Shown here piece after piece: positions 30,268 to 39,108 of a stretch of DNA of 64,000 bases; positions within the stretch are counted from its first letter, which is position 1; the number at the start of each line of letters is the position of its first letter. This DNA comes from Mycobacteriales bacterium (GTDB lineage Bacteria; Actinomycetota; Actinomycetes; Mycobacteriales; SCTD01), in the NCBI GenBank assembly GCA_035540755.1, contig DATLGD010000164.1:12-64011 (forward strand). Reading direction: 5' to 3'. The translations under genes were made by a program, and so were the position numbers. The notes beneath the pieces are model-generated. The model was given only the letters and a program-made list of their open reading frames with translations. It did not search any database and was not told the DNA's origin.

Positions 30268-31179
30268 GTGGCCGGACAGCTGACCCTCCTCGACGCCCCG
30301 TCGCTCTGGTACCGGGCGTTCCACGGCGTCCCGTCGTCGGTGGTGGCGCCCGACGGGTCGCCGGTCGCGGCCGTGCGGGGCTTCCTCGACGTCGTCGCGC
30401 GGATCGTGCGCGACACCCGGCCGGCCCGGCTGGTCGCCTGCCTGGACCTCGACTGGCGGCCTGCCTTCCGGGTGGCGGCGGTGCCGAGCTACAAGCTGCA
30501 CCGCACCGTCGAGGGCGGCGCGGAGGACGAGCCGCCGACGCTCGGACCGCAGGTCGACGCGATCCTGCAGGTGCTGGACGCGCTGGGCCTCGCGACCGCC
30601 GGGGCGAAGGGGTACGAAGCCGACGACGTCATCGGCACGCTCGCGACCCGCGCGGCCGGCGCCGTCGACGTGGTCACCGGCGACCGCGACCTGTTCCAGC
30701 TCGTGCGCGACGACGGGCCGGTCCGGGTGCTCTACACCGTCGAGAAGCTCCGGCCCTACGACGAGGCCGCGGTGGCCGCGAAGTACGGCATCCCTGGACG
30801 CGCCTACGCCGAGCTCGCAGTGCTGCGCGGTGACCCGAGCGACGGACTGCCGGGGGTCAAGGGCGTCGGTGAGAAGACGGCAGCCGCGCTCGTGAACCGG
30901 TTCGGCGACGTCGACGGGATCCTCGCCGCGCTCGACGCCGGCGGCGACGCCGGCTTCCCCGCCGGGGCGCGGGCCAGGCTCGAGGCGGCCCGCGACTACC
31001 TCGCCGTCGCGCCCGCCGTGACGAGGGTCGTGCGCGACCTGCCGCTTCCCGAGCTCGACGACGCCCTCCCCCGCGCGCCGCGGTCTCCCGAGCGGCTGGT
31101 CGAGCTCGCCGACCGGTGGGGGCTCGACAGCCCGCTCGAGCGGCTGCTCGCCGCGCTCGAGGTGGCGCACACCGGCTGA
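30268..31179 (+). CDS. 5'-3' exonuclease (FEN / Pol I N-terminal domain-like)
   Basis: 303 aa from a GTG start: LLDAPSLWYRAFHG, GYEADDVIGTLA, VVTGDRDLFQLV and the H3TH motif (LRGDPSDGLPGVKGVGEKTAAALV). Synteny with helY-tatCA-pafCBA matches Mtb Rv2090. Confidence 0.88.
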   Translation: MAGQLTLLDAPSLWYRAFHGVPSSVVAPDGSPVAAVRGFLDVVARIVRDTRPARLVACLDLDWRPAFRVAAVPSYKLHRTVEGGAEDEPPTLGPQVDAILQVLDALGLATAGAKGYEADDVIGTLATRAAGAVDVVTGDRDLFQLVRDDGPVRVLYTVEKLRPYDEAAVAAKYGIPGRAYAELAVLRGDPSDGLPGVKGVGEKTAAALVNRFGDVDGILAALDAGGDAGFPAGARARLEAARDYLAVAPAVTRVVRDLPLPELDDALPRAPRSPERLVELADRWGLDSPLERLLAALEVAHTG

Positions 31180-31193
31180 CGCCGCCGGCGGGA

Positions 31194-33932
31194 TCAGCCC
31201 GCCATGCCGTAGGCGACCACGCCGCGGCGGATCGCGGCGATCGCGGTGCGCGCCGTGGACCGCAGGGCAGGATCGTCGGAGGCGGCCGCGACGTCGGCGA
31301 CCTGGTCGAGCAGGTCGACGAGCTGCTTGCACCAGCGCACGAAGTCGCCCGCCGTCAGCTCGCTGTCGTCGAGCACTTCCTCCAGCCGCGCGCCGCCCAC
31401 CCACCGGTAGGCGGCCTCGGAGAAGCCGCGGTCGGGGCTGCGCAGGAACTGCACGTGCGCGTCCTGCTCGACCGACGCGAGCCGGCCCCAGAGCCGCTCC
31501 GTCTCGGCGAGCGTGGCCTCGACCCGGCCCGACGGCACGTGTCCGACCGGCTCGTCCGGGCGGCGGCTCTCGTAGACGAGCGCCGCCACGACGGCAGCCA
31601 GCTCCGCCGGGCCCAGCCCGTTCCACAGCCCGGCCCGCAGGCACTCCGCGACGAGCAGGTCGGACTCGCTGTAGACCCGGGCCAGCTGTCGCCCGGCATC
31701 GGTGACGCGCTCGCCGTCGAGGTAGTCGAGCCGCTCGAGCACCGCGCACACCCGGTCGAAGGTGCGCGCGACCGAGGAGGTCTTGCCCTGCACCCGCTTC
31801 TCGAGGGCGTCGGTGTCGGCGCGCAGCCGCGTCCAGCGCTCCGCCCAGCGCATGTGCGCCTCGCGCTCGTCGCACCCGTGCACCGGGTGCCGGCGCAGCT
31901 CGGCCCGCAGCCCGGTCAGGCGGTCGTCGTCGGCGGCGGACCGCCGCTTGCCCTTGCGGTCCTCCGGCGGGACGTCGAGGTTGCGGATCGACGCAGCCAG
32001 GTCGCGCCGCGACTGCGGTGAGCGGGTGTTGACCTGCTTGGGCAGCTTCAGCCGGCCGACGACGAGCACCGGGCCCGGGAAGTCGGCCACCGACAGCCGC
32101 CCGGCCCACCGGTCCTCGGTCACCACCAGCGGGTGGGTCTCGCCGCGCAGCCCGACCCCGGGGTCGACGACGACGGCGAGTCCCGAGCGCCGTCCGCCCG
32201 GCACGCGGACGACGTCGCCGGGCCGGAGCTGCTCGAGCGACTCGGCGGCCGCGGCCCGGCGCGAGGCCGAGCCCTGCTTGACCAGCTCCGTCTCGCGGCG
32301 CTTGAGGTCCGCGCGCAGCCGCGCGTACTCCTCGGCGTCGCCGAGGTGGCAGGTCATCGACTCGCGGTAGCCCTCGAGCGCCTCGAGGTTGCGCGCCACC
32401 TGCCGGGCCAGCCCCACGACCGAGCGGTCGGCCTGGAACTGCGCGAAGGACGACTCGAGCAGCGCGCGCGCCTGCTCCCGGCCGACCGCGCCGACCAGGT
32501 TGACCGTCATGTTGTAGCTCGGCCGGAAGCTCGACCGCAGTGGGTACGTGCGGGTGGACGCCAGGCCGGCCACCGCCCGGGGGTCGAAGCCGGGCTGCCA
32601 GAGGACGACGGCGTGTCCCTCGACGTCGATGCCCCGCCGGCCGGCCCGCCCGGTGAGCTGGGTGTACTCCCCCGGCGTCACGTCGGCGTGGGTCTGGCCG
32701 TTCCACTTGACGAGCTTCTCGAGCACCACGGAGCGGGCCGGCATGTTGATGCCGAGGGCGAGCGTCTCGGTGGCGAAGACCGCCTTGACGAGGCCGTCGA
32801 CGAACAGCTCCTCGACGACCTCCTTGAAGGCCGGCAGCATGCCGGCGTGGTGGGCGGCCAGGCCCCGCTGCAGCCCTTCGAGCCACTCCCAGTAGCCGAG
32901 CACCCGCAGGTCCTCGCGCGGCAGCGTGGCGGTGCGCGCCTCGACGACCCGGCGGACCCGCTCGGCCTCCTCGACGGTGTTGAGGCGCAGCCCCGAGCGC
33001 AGGCACTGCTCGACGGCGGCCTGGCAGCCGGCCCGGCTGAACACGAACGTGATCGCCGGCAGCAGTCCCTCGCGGTCGAGCCGCTCGAGCACGTCGGGGC
33101 GGTTCGCGACGCGGGTGCGTGGCCCGGACGAGCCGCGGCCGCGCTCGCGCGGGGTGAAGCGGCTGTCCTCTCGCGCGAGCCGGAGCAGCTGCGGGTTCAC
33201 CTCCGGCCCCTCGTCCTGCGGCGCGCCGCCCGCCGGCTCGACGAACAGGTCGTGCAGCCGGGTGCCGACCATCACGTGCTGCCAGAGCGGGACCGGCCGA
33301 TGCTCCTCGACGACGACCTCGGTCTGACCGCGCACCGTGACCAGCCACTCGCCGAACTCCTCGGCGTTGCTCACCGTGGCCGACAGGGACACGAGCACGA
33401 CGTCGTCCCGGAGGTGGATGATCACTTCCTCCCACACCGCGCCGCGGGACCGGTCGGCGAGGTAGTGCACCTCGTCCATGACCACGTGCGAGAGCCCTCG
33501 CAGCGCGTCGCTGCCCGCGTACAGCATGTTGCGCAGGACCTCGGTGGTCATGACGACGACGTCGGCGTCGCCGTTGATCGACGTGTCGCCGGTGAGCAGG
33601 CCCACCCGGTCCTCGCCGTGCCGCGCCTTCAGGTCGGCGAACTTCTGGTTCGACAGCGCCTTGATCGGGGTCGTGTAGAAGCACTTCCCGCCGGCCGCCA
33701 GCGCCAGGTGGACGGCGAACTCGCCGACGACGGTCTTGCCCGCACCCGTCGGGGCGGCGACGAGCACGCCGCGGCCGTCCTCCAGGGCTGCGCACGCGGT
33801 GCGCTGGAAGGCGTCGAGCCCGAACGGGTAGTGCGCCTCGAACTCGCTCAGCCTCGGACCGGCCTGACGGCGCCGGAAGGCGGCGTACCGCTCGGCCGGC
33901 GAGAGCGCGCCCTCGGACAGGGGGCTGGTCAC
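31194..33932 (-). CDS. helY: Ski2-like DEAD/DEAH-box RNA helicase HelY
   Basis: 912 aa with APTGAGKTVVGE, VMDEVHYL, SATVSN and QLTGRAGRRGID plus a long Ski2/DSHCT-like C-terminal region. It is adjacent to tatC as in mycobacteria. Confidence 0.93.
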   Translation of the reverse strand: MTSPLSEGALSPAERYAAFRRRQAGPRLSEFEAHYPFGLDAFQRTACAALEDGRGVLVAAPTGAGKTVVGEFAVHLALAAGGKCFYTTPIKALSNQKFADLKARHGEDRVGLLTGDTSINGDADVVVMTTEVLRNMLYAGSDALRGLSHVVMDEVHYLADRSRGAVWEEVIIHLRDDVVLVSLSATVSNAEEFGEWLVTVRGQTEVVVEEHRPVPLWQHVMVGTRLHDLFVEPAGGAPQDEGPEVNPQLLRLAREDSRFTPRERGRGSSGPRTRVANRPDVLERLDREGLLPAITFVFSRAGCQAAVEQCLRSGLRLNTVEEAERVRRVVEARTATLPREDLRVLGYWEWLEGLQRGLAAHHAGMLPAFKEVVEELFVDGLVKAVFATETLALGINMPARSVVLEKLVKWNGQTHADVTPGEYTQLTGRAGRRGIDVEGHAVVLWQPGFDPRAVAGLASTRTYPLRSSFRPSYNMTVNLVGAVGREQARALLESSFAQFQADRSVVGLARQVARNLEALEGYRESMTCHLGDAEEYARLRADLKRRETELVKQGSASRRAAAAESLEQLRPGDVVRVPGGRRSGLAVVVDPGVGLRGETHPLVVTEDRWAGRLSVADFPGPVLVVGRLKLPKQVNTRSPQSRRDLAASIRNLDVPPEDRKGKRRSAADDDRLTGLRAELRRHPVHGCDEREAHMRWAERWTRLRADTDALEKRVQGKTSSVARTFDRVCAVLERLDYLDGERVTDAGRQLARVYSESDLLVAECLRAGLWNGLGPAELAAVVAALVYESRRPDEPVGHVPSGRVEATLAETERLWGRLASVEQDAHVQFLRSPDRGFSEAAYRWVGGARLEEVLDDSELTAGDFVRWCKQLVDLLDQVADVAAASDDPALRSTARTAIAAIRRGVVAYGMAG

Positions 33933-33941
33933 CCCCGCAGG

Positions 33942-34841
33942 CTACGTGCCGCGCGGCCCGCCGGCGCCCGCGCCGCTGGGGACGTCCTCGTCGAGCGAGG
34001 AGGGCTGCGGGTCGAGCGTGGAGGTCTCGTCGTCGGCCAGGCCCGCCACCGGGTCGGTGGCGCGACGGCGGCGGGCGGCCCGCTCGCGCAGCCGGGCGAG
34101 CAGGATGCACAGCTCGTACAGCCCGCAGATCGGGATCGCCATGATCATGAAGGTGAACGGGTCCTGCGAGGGCGTGATGATCGCTGAGGCGATGAAGATC
34201 GCGAGGTACATGCCGCGCCGCCAGCGCTTCATGGTCGCGACCGGGAAGATCCCCACCATGTTGAGGAACGTGACCACCACCGGGAACTCGAACGCGAACC
34301 CGAACGCCAGCAGGCACAGGGTCACGAAGTTCAGGTAGGCGTGCACCGACGTGATCGTCGTGATGCCGTCGCCGCCGATGCGGAGCAGGAAGTCCAGGCC
34401 CTGCGAGATGGTCAGGTAGGCGAAGGTCGTCCCGATCGCGAACAGCACCAGCGAGGCGGCCAGGAACCCGGCCGCGTACTTCCTCTCCTGCCGGTGCAGG
34501 GCCGGGGTGATGAACGCCCCGACCTGGTACAGCCAGACAGGAGCGGCGAGGACGATCCCGCCGATGGCCGCGACCCGCAGCCGGACCCGGATCTGGTCGA
34601 AGACGCTGATCGCGAACAGCTCGCAGTCCGCCTCGGCACCCGCTCCGGTGTCGCAGTACGGCTGCTTGAGGAAGTCGAACAGCGGCACCCACAGGAACCA
34701 CACCACGACCATGCAGACCGCGATCGCGAGAGCGCTGATGCCGAGCCGGGTCCGCAGCTCGCGGATGTGGTCGACCAGGCTCATCCGCCCGTCGGGCTGG
34801 CGCGGACGCACCGGACGGCGCCGCCGTGGCAGTGCGGCCAC
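33942..34841 (-). CDS. tatC: Twin-arginine translocase subunit TatC
   Basis: 299 aa: MSLVDHIRELRTRL, six TM segments, typical FAFEFPVV and TPSQDP motifs. Confidence 0.93.
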   Translation of the reverse strand: MAALPRRRRPVRPRQPDGRMSLVDHIRELRTRLGISALAIAVCMVVVWFLWVPLFDFLKQPYCDTGAGAEADCELFAISVFDQIRVRLRVAAIGGIVLAAPVWLYQVGAFITPALHRQERKYAAGFLAASLVLFAIGTTFAYLTISQGLDFLLRIGGDGITTITSVHAYLNFVTLCLLAFGFAFEFPVVVTFLNMVGIFPVATMKRWRRGMYLAIFIASAIITPSQDPFTFMIMAIPICGLYELCILLARLRERAARRRRATDPVAGLADDETSTLDPQPSSLDEDVPSGAGAGGPRGT

Positions 34842-35192
34842 CTACGGGCGGGGCTGCTGCGCCTGGTCGCCGTGCGGCGTCCCACCGGCCGGCGGCGTGC
34901 CGTAGGACGGGTCCTGCGGAGCGGCCCCCGGCTGCGGCTGCCCGTACCCGTGCGGCGGCGGAGGCGTCACCGGCGGGAGCGGCTCGGCGGTCACCGTCGT
35001 GTCGGGACGTCCCGTGCGGCCGTGTCCGGCGACGTCGGTGTCGTCGTCGTCGCGCAGCCCCTTGGTCTCGGCCTTGAGGATCCGCATCGAGCGGCCGAGC
35101 GCCCGCGCGCTGTCCGGCAGGCGCTTGGCTCCGAACAGGAGCAGGACCACGACGAGGATGAGGACGAGCTCCCAGCCTCCGGGGGTTGTCAC
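34842..35192 (-). CDS. tatA: Twin-arginine translocase subunit TatA/E
   Basis: N-terminal TM plus hinge (WELVLILVVVLLLFGAKRLPDSARALGRSMRILK), followed by an acidic and Pro-rich tail. It lies directly upstream of tatC. Confidence 0.88.
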   Translation of the reverse strand: MTTPGGWELVLILVVVLLLFGAKRLPDSARALGRSMRILKAETKGLRDDDDTDVAGHGRTGRPDTTVTAEPLPPVTPPPPHGYGQPQPGAAPQDPSYGTPPAGGTPHGDQAQQPRP

Positions 35193-35261
35193 GATGCTCT
35201 CCTCACGAGGTGGTTCTCGCTCCGTGGCACGGGGCCGCGCCTGCAGGACACGGTACGCCGC

Positions 35262-35543
35262 TCAGTCCCGGGATGCGCGTCCCTCTCCGACCCGCGCGGC
35301 GAGCGAGGTCCCGTCCGCGCCCGGGCCGCGCGGGGAGGACGTGGCCGGCCGGCCCTGCGGCGCCCGCCGCTGCAGCTCCTCGAGCTGCCGGGTCAGGCCG
35401 GCCGAGGCCTGCTCGACCCGCTCCCCCACCAGGCCGACGAGCCGCCCCAGCGCCTTGCCCTGCCGGTAGGCGGACAGCCCGACCAGGCCGACCACGACGA
35501 TCGCGGCTCCGGCGACGAGCACGGCGAGCAGGTACCCCAGCAC
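35262..35543 (-). CDS. Hypothetical small membrane-anchored protein
   Basis: 93 aa with a single N-terminal TM (LGYLLAVLVAGAAIVVVGLVGL) and then a predicted helical segment. I recognise no family. Confidence 0.4.
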   Translation of the reverse strand: MLGYLLAVLVAGAAIVVVGLVGLSAYRQGKALGRLVGLVGERVEQASAGLTRQLEELQRRAPQGRPATSSPRGPGADGTSLAARVGEGRASRD

Positions 35544-35576
35544 GACGTCAGGCTAGCCGTCGGCGGAAGCCGAAGG

Positions 35577-35909
35577 TCAGGAGCGCACCCGGTCGGCGGC
35601 CGCAGGCGCCAGCAGGTCGGTGCTGGCCAGCTGCAGGCCGAGGTCGAGCAGGTCGTCGTAGGTCAGGGCCGGGCCGGTGCGCGGCTCGATCGCCTCGGCC
35701 GGCACGTCCCACACGGTGGCCGGGACGCCGCCGGAGACCAGCAGGCTCACGACGTGGTCGTCGGCGGGCTTCCTCACCTCGTCGGCGCAGCCGGGGCAGG
35801 TGAAGGCGTAGTACGAGAGGCGCGCGTGGCTGCAGACCATGAGCGAGACGTCGGCCGGGGTCAGCTCGACCTCGCCGCAGCCGGGGCAGGACGCCTTGAT
35901 CGTGGTCAT
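35577..35909 (-). CDS. Small zinc-ribbon-like protein (two CxxC pairs)
   Basis: 110 aa: MTTIKASCPGCGEVEL...FTCPGCADEV (CxxC-N26-CxxC) with an acidic C-terminal half. Good GC3. It sits immediately downstream of pafC. Confidence 0.55.
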   Translation of the reverse strand: MTTIKASCPGCGEVELTPADVSLMVCSHARLSYYAFTCPGCADEVRKPADDHVVSLLVSGGVPATVWDVPAEAIEPRTGPALTYDDLLDLGLQLASTDLLAPAAADRVRS

Positions 35910-36019
35910 GAGGGGCCAGTCCTCTCGGTCGACCGCAGTAGTGCGGCACTGACACCTTCGGCAGCGGTGGCGAGGGCCTTGAACCGAGGTCTTGACACGC
36001 AGACGTGGACGTGGTGGGG

Positions 36020-36985
36020 CTAGTCCATCCGGCCGTCGTCGCCGTACTCCGACAGGGCCAGGGCGGCCTCCCGGCGCACGTCTGCGGCGAGGTCGTCGGG
36101 GGCGAGCACCCGGCCGTGCGGCCCGAGCCGCAGCGCGAGCCGGCGCACCCAGCCGGCGTCGGCGACGCGCAGCGTGACGACCAGGCCGCCGTCGCTGCTC
36201 TCCTTCACCGACTCGCACGGGTGGTACTCGGCGACCCAGGCCGCGGCTGGGCGCAGCGCGAGGGTGACCAGCAGGGCGTCGGGCGAGGGGCGGAACAGCC
36301 CCTGCGAGACGTCGCGCGGCTCGGCGTGCGGTGGCGGCTCGGCGGGGAGGTCGAGCAGCTGCACGTCCTCGACCCGGTCGAGCCGGAACAGCCGGACTCC
36401 CTCGGTGCGGCGGCACCAGGCCTCGAGGTAGGTGCGCCCCTCGACGACGAGCACGCGCATCGGGTCGACGTCCCGGGCGGTGGTCTCGTCGCGGGCGGGC
36501 ACGTAGTAGGTCAGGTGCAGCCGGCGCCGGCTGTCGAGCGCCTGCTGCACGACCGGCAGAACCCGCTCCTCGCCCTCGACGATGACCTCGACCCGGTCGG
36601 CGGGCAGGGCCGAGGAGCCGGCGGCCTGCTCGACCTTCGCGAGCGCGCGGTCGACGGCGTCGCGCGAGGACAGCCCCGGGGTCTCGGCGAGCGCCCGCAG
36701 CGCCACGACGAGGGCGAGCGCCTCGTCGACGGTCAGCCGCAGCGGACGCTCGACGCCGGCGTCCTGCACGAGGGTGACGGTCTCGCCCTCGAAGGCGAAG
36801 TCGATGAGGTCGCCCGGGCCGTGCCCCGGCAGGCCGCACACCCAGAGCAGGTCCAGCTCCTTGCGCAGCCGCTGCTCGTTGATGCCGAACTCGCGGGCGA
36901 CGTCGGCGATCGCCGCGCCGGGGTGCGACTGCAGGTACGGCAGCAGGGCGAGCAGCCGCGAGAGCTGCGCCGAGGTGCCGCTCAC
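36020..36985 (-). CDS. pafC: Proteasome accessory factor C (HTH-WYL regulator)
   Basis: 321 aa from GTG 36985: SRLLALLPYLQSHPG..IADVAREFGI.E.QLRKEL.LLWVCGLPG and a WYL-type region (LHLTYYVPARDETTARDVDPMRV..VEGRTYLEAWC). A GTGA overlap joins it to pafB. Confidence 0.88.
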   Translation of the reverse strand: MSGTSAQLSRLLALLPYLQSHPGAAIADVAREFGINEQRLRKELDLLWVCGLPGHGPGDLIDFAFEGETVTLVQDAGVERPLRLTVDEALALVVALRALAETPGLSSRDAVDRALAKVEQAAGSSALPADRVEVIVEGEERVLPVVQQALDSRRRLHLTYYVPARDETTARDVDPMRVLVVEGRTYLEAWCRRTEGVRLFRLDRVEDVQLLDLPAEPPPHAEPRDVSQGLFRPSPDALLVTLALRPAAAWVAEYHPCESVKESSDGGLVVTLRVADAGWVRRLALRLGPHGRVLAPDDLAADVRREAALALSEYGDDGRMD

Positions 36986-37938
36986 GAGCGGGCCAGGGCG
37001 CTCAGCCGGCGCACGACGGCCTCGCGGGCCTGCGGTGGGCCGACGACCACGGCGTCCGCGCCGTAGCCGGCGACCCGGTCGGCCAGGCGCTCGGGGTCGG
37101 AGAACCCGATCTCGACGACGTCCCATCCCTCTCGCTCGTCCGGGCGGGAGGCGAGCGACTCGCGTCGCAGCTCCCAGCCGGCCCCCGCACGCAGGCAGAC
37201 GGTCGCCGTCTCGCGGGGCTCGTCCGCGGCCAGAGCGGCGACCGCGGCGACCGGGTCGAGGCCGCTGGGCGGCACGACGGCGCCGGGCTCGCCCTCGAGA
37301 GCGACCTCGCCCACCACGCGGGACAGCCGGAAGACGCGCTGCGCGCCACGGACGACGTCGTGGCCCACCAGGTACCAGCGACCCCGCCAGGACACGACGC
37401 TCCACGGCTCGACGTGCCGCGCCTCGGGTGCGGAACGCCCGCCGGCCCGGTAGGAGAAGCGCACGGCCCGGCCGTCGCGCACGGCCTCCCAGCAGCGCGA
37501 GAACGCCGGCTCGCTGGCGGCCACCCGGGGCTCGAGCAGGGCAGGAGCCGACGGAGCCTCCACGCCGGCGGCGCGGAGCTTCAGCAGCGCGCTGGCGGTG
37601 GCGTCGGCCAGGGGCGCGGACTGCCAGAGGCGCGCGGCAAGCCCCAGAGCGGCGGCCTCGTCCGGCTCCAGCGAGATCTCGGGGAGCTCGTAGTCGCGGC
37701 GGGCGATGCGGTAGCCCGGCTCGTCGTCGTGCGCCGCGCTGTTGGTGCCCGTCTCGAGCGGGATGCCGAGCTCACGCAGCTCGTCCTTGTCCCGCTCGAA
37801 CATGCGGCGGAAGGAGTCCTCGGTGTCCTGGTCGTAGCCCGGGACGGCCGCGCGGATCTGCTGCACGGTCAGGAACCGCCGGGTGGCGAGCAGGCAGATG
37901 ACCAGGTTGAGCAGTCGCTCGGTCTTCTTCGCCGACAC
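36982..37938 (-). CDS. pafB: Proteasome accessory factor B (HTH-WYL regulator)
   Basis: 318 aa from GTG 37938: KTERLLNLVICLLATRRFLTVQQIR..VPGY....E.SF.RMFERDKDELRELGIPLET and a WYL region (VRFSYRAGG....RHVEPWSVVSWRGRWYLVGHD). Confidence 0.88.
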   Translation of the reverse strand: MSAKKTERLLNLVICLLATRRFLTVQQIRAAVPGYDQDTEDSFRRMFERDKDELRELGIPLETGTNSAAHDDEPGYRIARRDYELPEISLEPDEAAALGLAARLWQSAPLADATASALLKLRAAGVEAPSAPALLEPRVAASEPAFSRCWEAVRDGRAVRFSYRAGGRSAPEARHVEPWSVVSWRGRWYLVGHDVVRGAQRVFRLSRVVGEVALEGEPGAVVPPSGLDPVAAVAALAADEPRETATVCLRAGAGWELRRESLASRPDEREGWDVVEIGFSDPERLADRVAGYGADAVVVGPPQAREAVVRRLSALARS

Positions 37939-38013
37939 GAGGCGGGACGCTAGTGCAGACCGGGCCGGGCGGGGGCCGGATGTGCACGGGCGGGTCGCGC
38001 GTACCCTCCCCCG

Positions 38014-39108
38014 GTGATCACCTGGCGCCGCGGCACGGTGCGCGAGGTGCGCCGGGCCTGGCGCGGCGCGGTGGAGCTGGTCGTGGCCCTGGAGGCCGAC
38101 GGACCGCCGGAGGTCGGACCGCCTGAGGTGCGCGCGCTGGCGCACCCGGACCTGGTCGGAACGCCGGAGCCGGGTGACGCCGTCCTGCTCAACACCACCG
38201 CCGTCGACCTCGGCCTCGGCACCGGCGGATACGCGCTGGTCGTGGCCCTCCCCGACCGGCTGCCGCCGGACCGGACCGGGCCGGGGCACCTGGTCAAGGC
38301 CCGGTACACCCCTCTGCAGGCCGTGGTCCTCGGCGCGGACGAGCCGGCGGCGCCCTCCCACGCGGTGCTGGCCGATGACCGGCCGCTGGCGGCGCCCGGA
38401 CTGCCGGTGGTGGTGGCCGACCTGCACTCGTCGCTGCCCGCGGTGCTCGCCGGGGTCCTCGACGCCCGTCCGGAGGCCCGGGTCGCCTACGTCATGACCG
38501 ACGGCGGCGCCCTGCCGCTCTGGTTCTCGCGCACGGTGGCCGCGCTCTGCAGCGGCGCGGCGCCCGGTCGCCTCGTCGGCACCGTGACGGTCGGGCAGGC
38601 CTTCGGCGGCGACCTCGAGACGGTCACGCTGCACTCCGGCCTGCTCGCCGCCGCCCGGGTGCTGCACGCCGACGTCGCCGTGGTGACCCAGGGCCCCGGC
38701 AACCTGGGCACCGGCACGGCCTGGGGCTTCTCCGGCGTCGCTGCCGGTGAGGCGGTCAACGCGGCCGCGGCCGTGGGAGCCCGCCCGGTGGCGGTGCTGC
38801 GCATGTCGGAGGCCGACCCTAGGCCCCGCCACCGGGGGGTCAGCCACCACAGCGTCACCGCCTACGGACGGGTGGCGCTCGCCCCTGCCGACGTCGTCGT
38901 GCCGTCGTCGTGGGCGGCACTGGTCGAGCCGGTGCGGCCGGCCCTGGGGCGGCACCGGCTGGTCGAGGTCGACGACGACGGCCTGCGCGCGGCGCTCGAG
39001 CCCTGGGCCGGCCTGCTCTCGACGATGGGCCGCGGTCTGGCCGAGGACCCGGTGGCCTTCGTCGCCGCGGCCGCTGCCGGACGGCACGCCACCGGGCTGC
39101 TGGCGTGA
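38014..39108 (+). CDS. DUF3866-family protein
   Basis: 364 aa with the remembered family pattern: NTTAVDLGLGTGGYALVV....GHLVKARYTPLQ...VTQGPGNLGTGT.WGFSG...RHRG.SHHS. Confidence 0.7.
   Translation: MITWRRGTVREVRRAWRGAVELVVALEADGPPEVGPPEVRALAHPDLVGTPEPGDAVLLNTTAVDLGLGTGGYALVVALPDRLPPDRTGPGHLVKARYTPLQAVVLGADEPAAPSHAVLADDRPLAAPGLPVVVADLHSSLPAVLAGVLDARPEARVAYVMTDGGALPLWFSRTVAALCSGAAPGRLVGTVTVGQAFGGDLETVTLHSGLLAAARVLHADVAVVTQGPGNLGTGTAWGFSGVAAGEAVNAAAAVGARPVAVLRMSEADPRPRHRGVSHHSVTAYGRVALAPADVVVPSSWAALVEPVRPALGRHRLVEVDDDGLRAALEPWAGLLSTMGRGLAEDPVAFVAAAAAGRHATGLLA

Noticed and set aside
29519-30283. HTH gene plus downstream 146-aa ORF as a toxin-antitoxin pair
   Set aside because: The downstream ORF is in the same frame as the HTH ORF, separated only by a single TAA, and has no recognisable toxin fold or motif. 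A disrupted single gene is the simpler explanation.
30034-34701. 1555-aa minus-strand ORF spanning the exonuclease, helY and tatC regions
   Set aside because: It runs out of frame or antisense through three well-supported genes. Its composition is dominated by Arg, Pro, Gly and Ala. It is a high-GC artefact.
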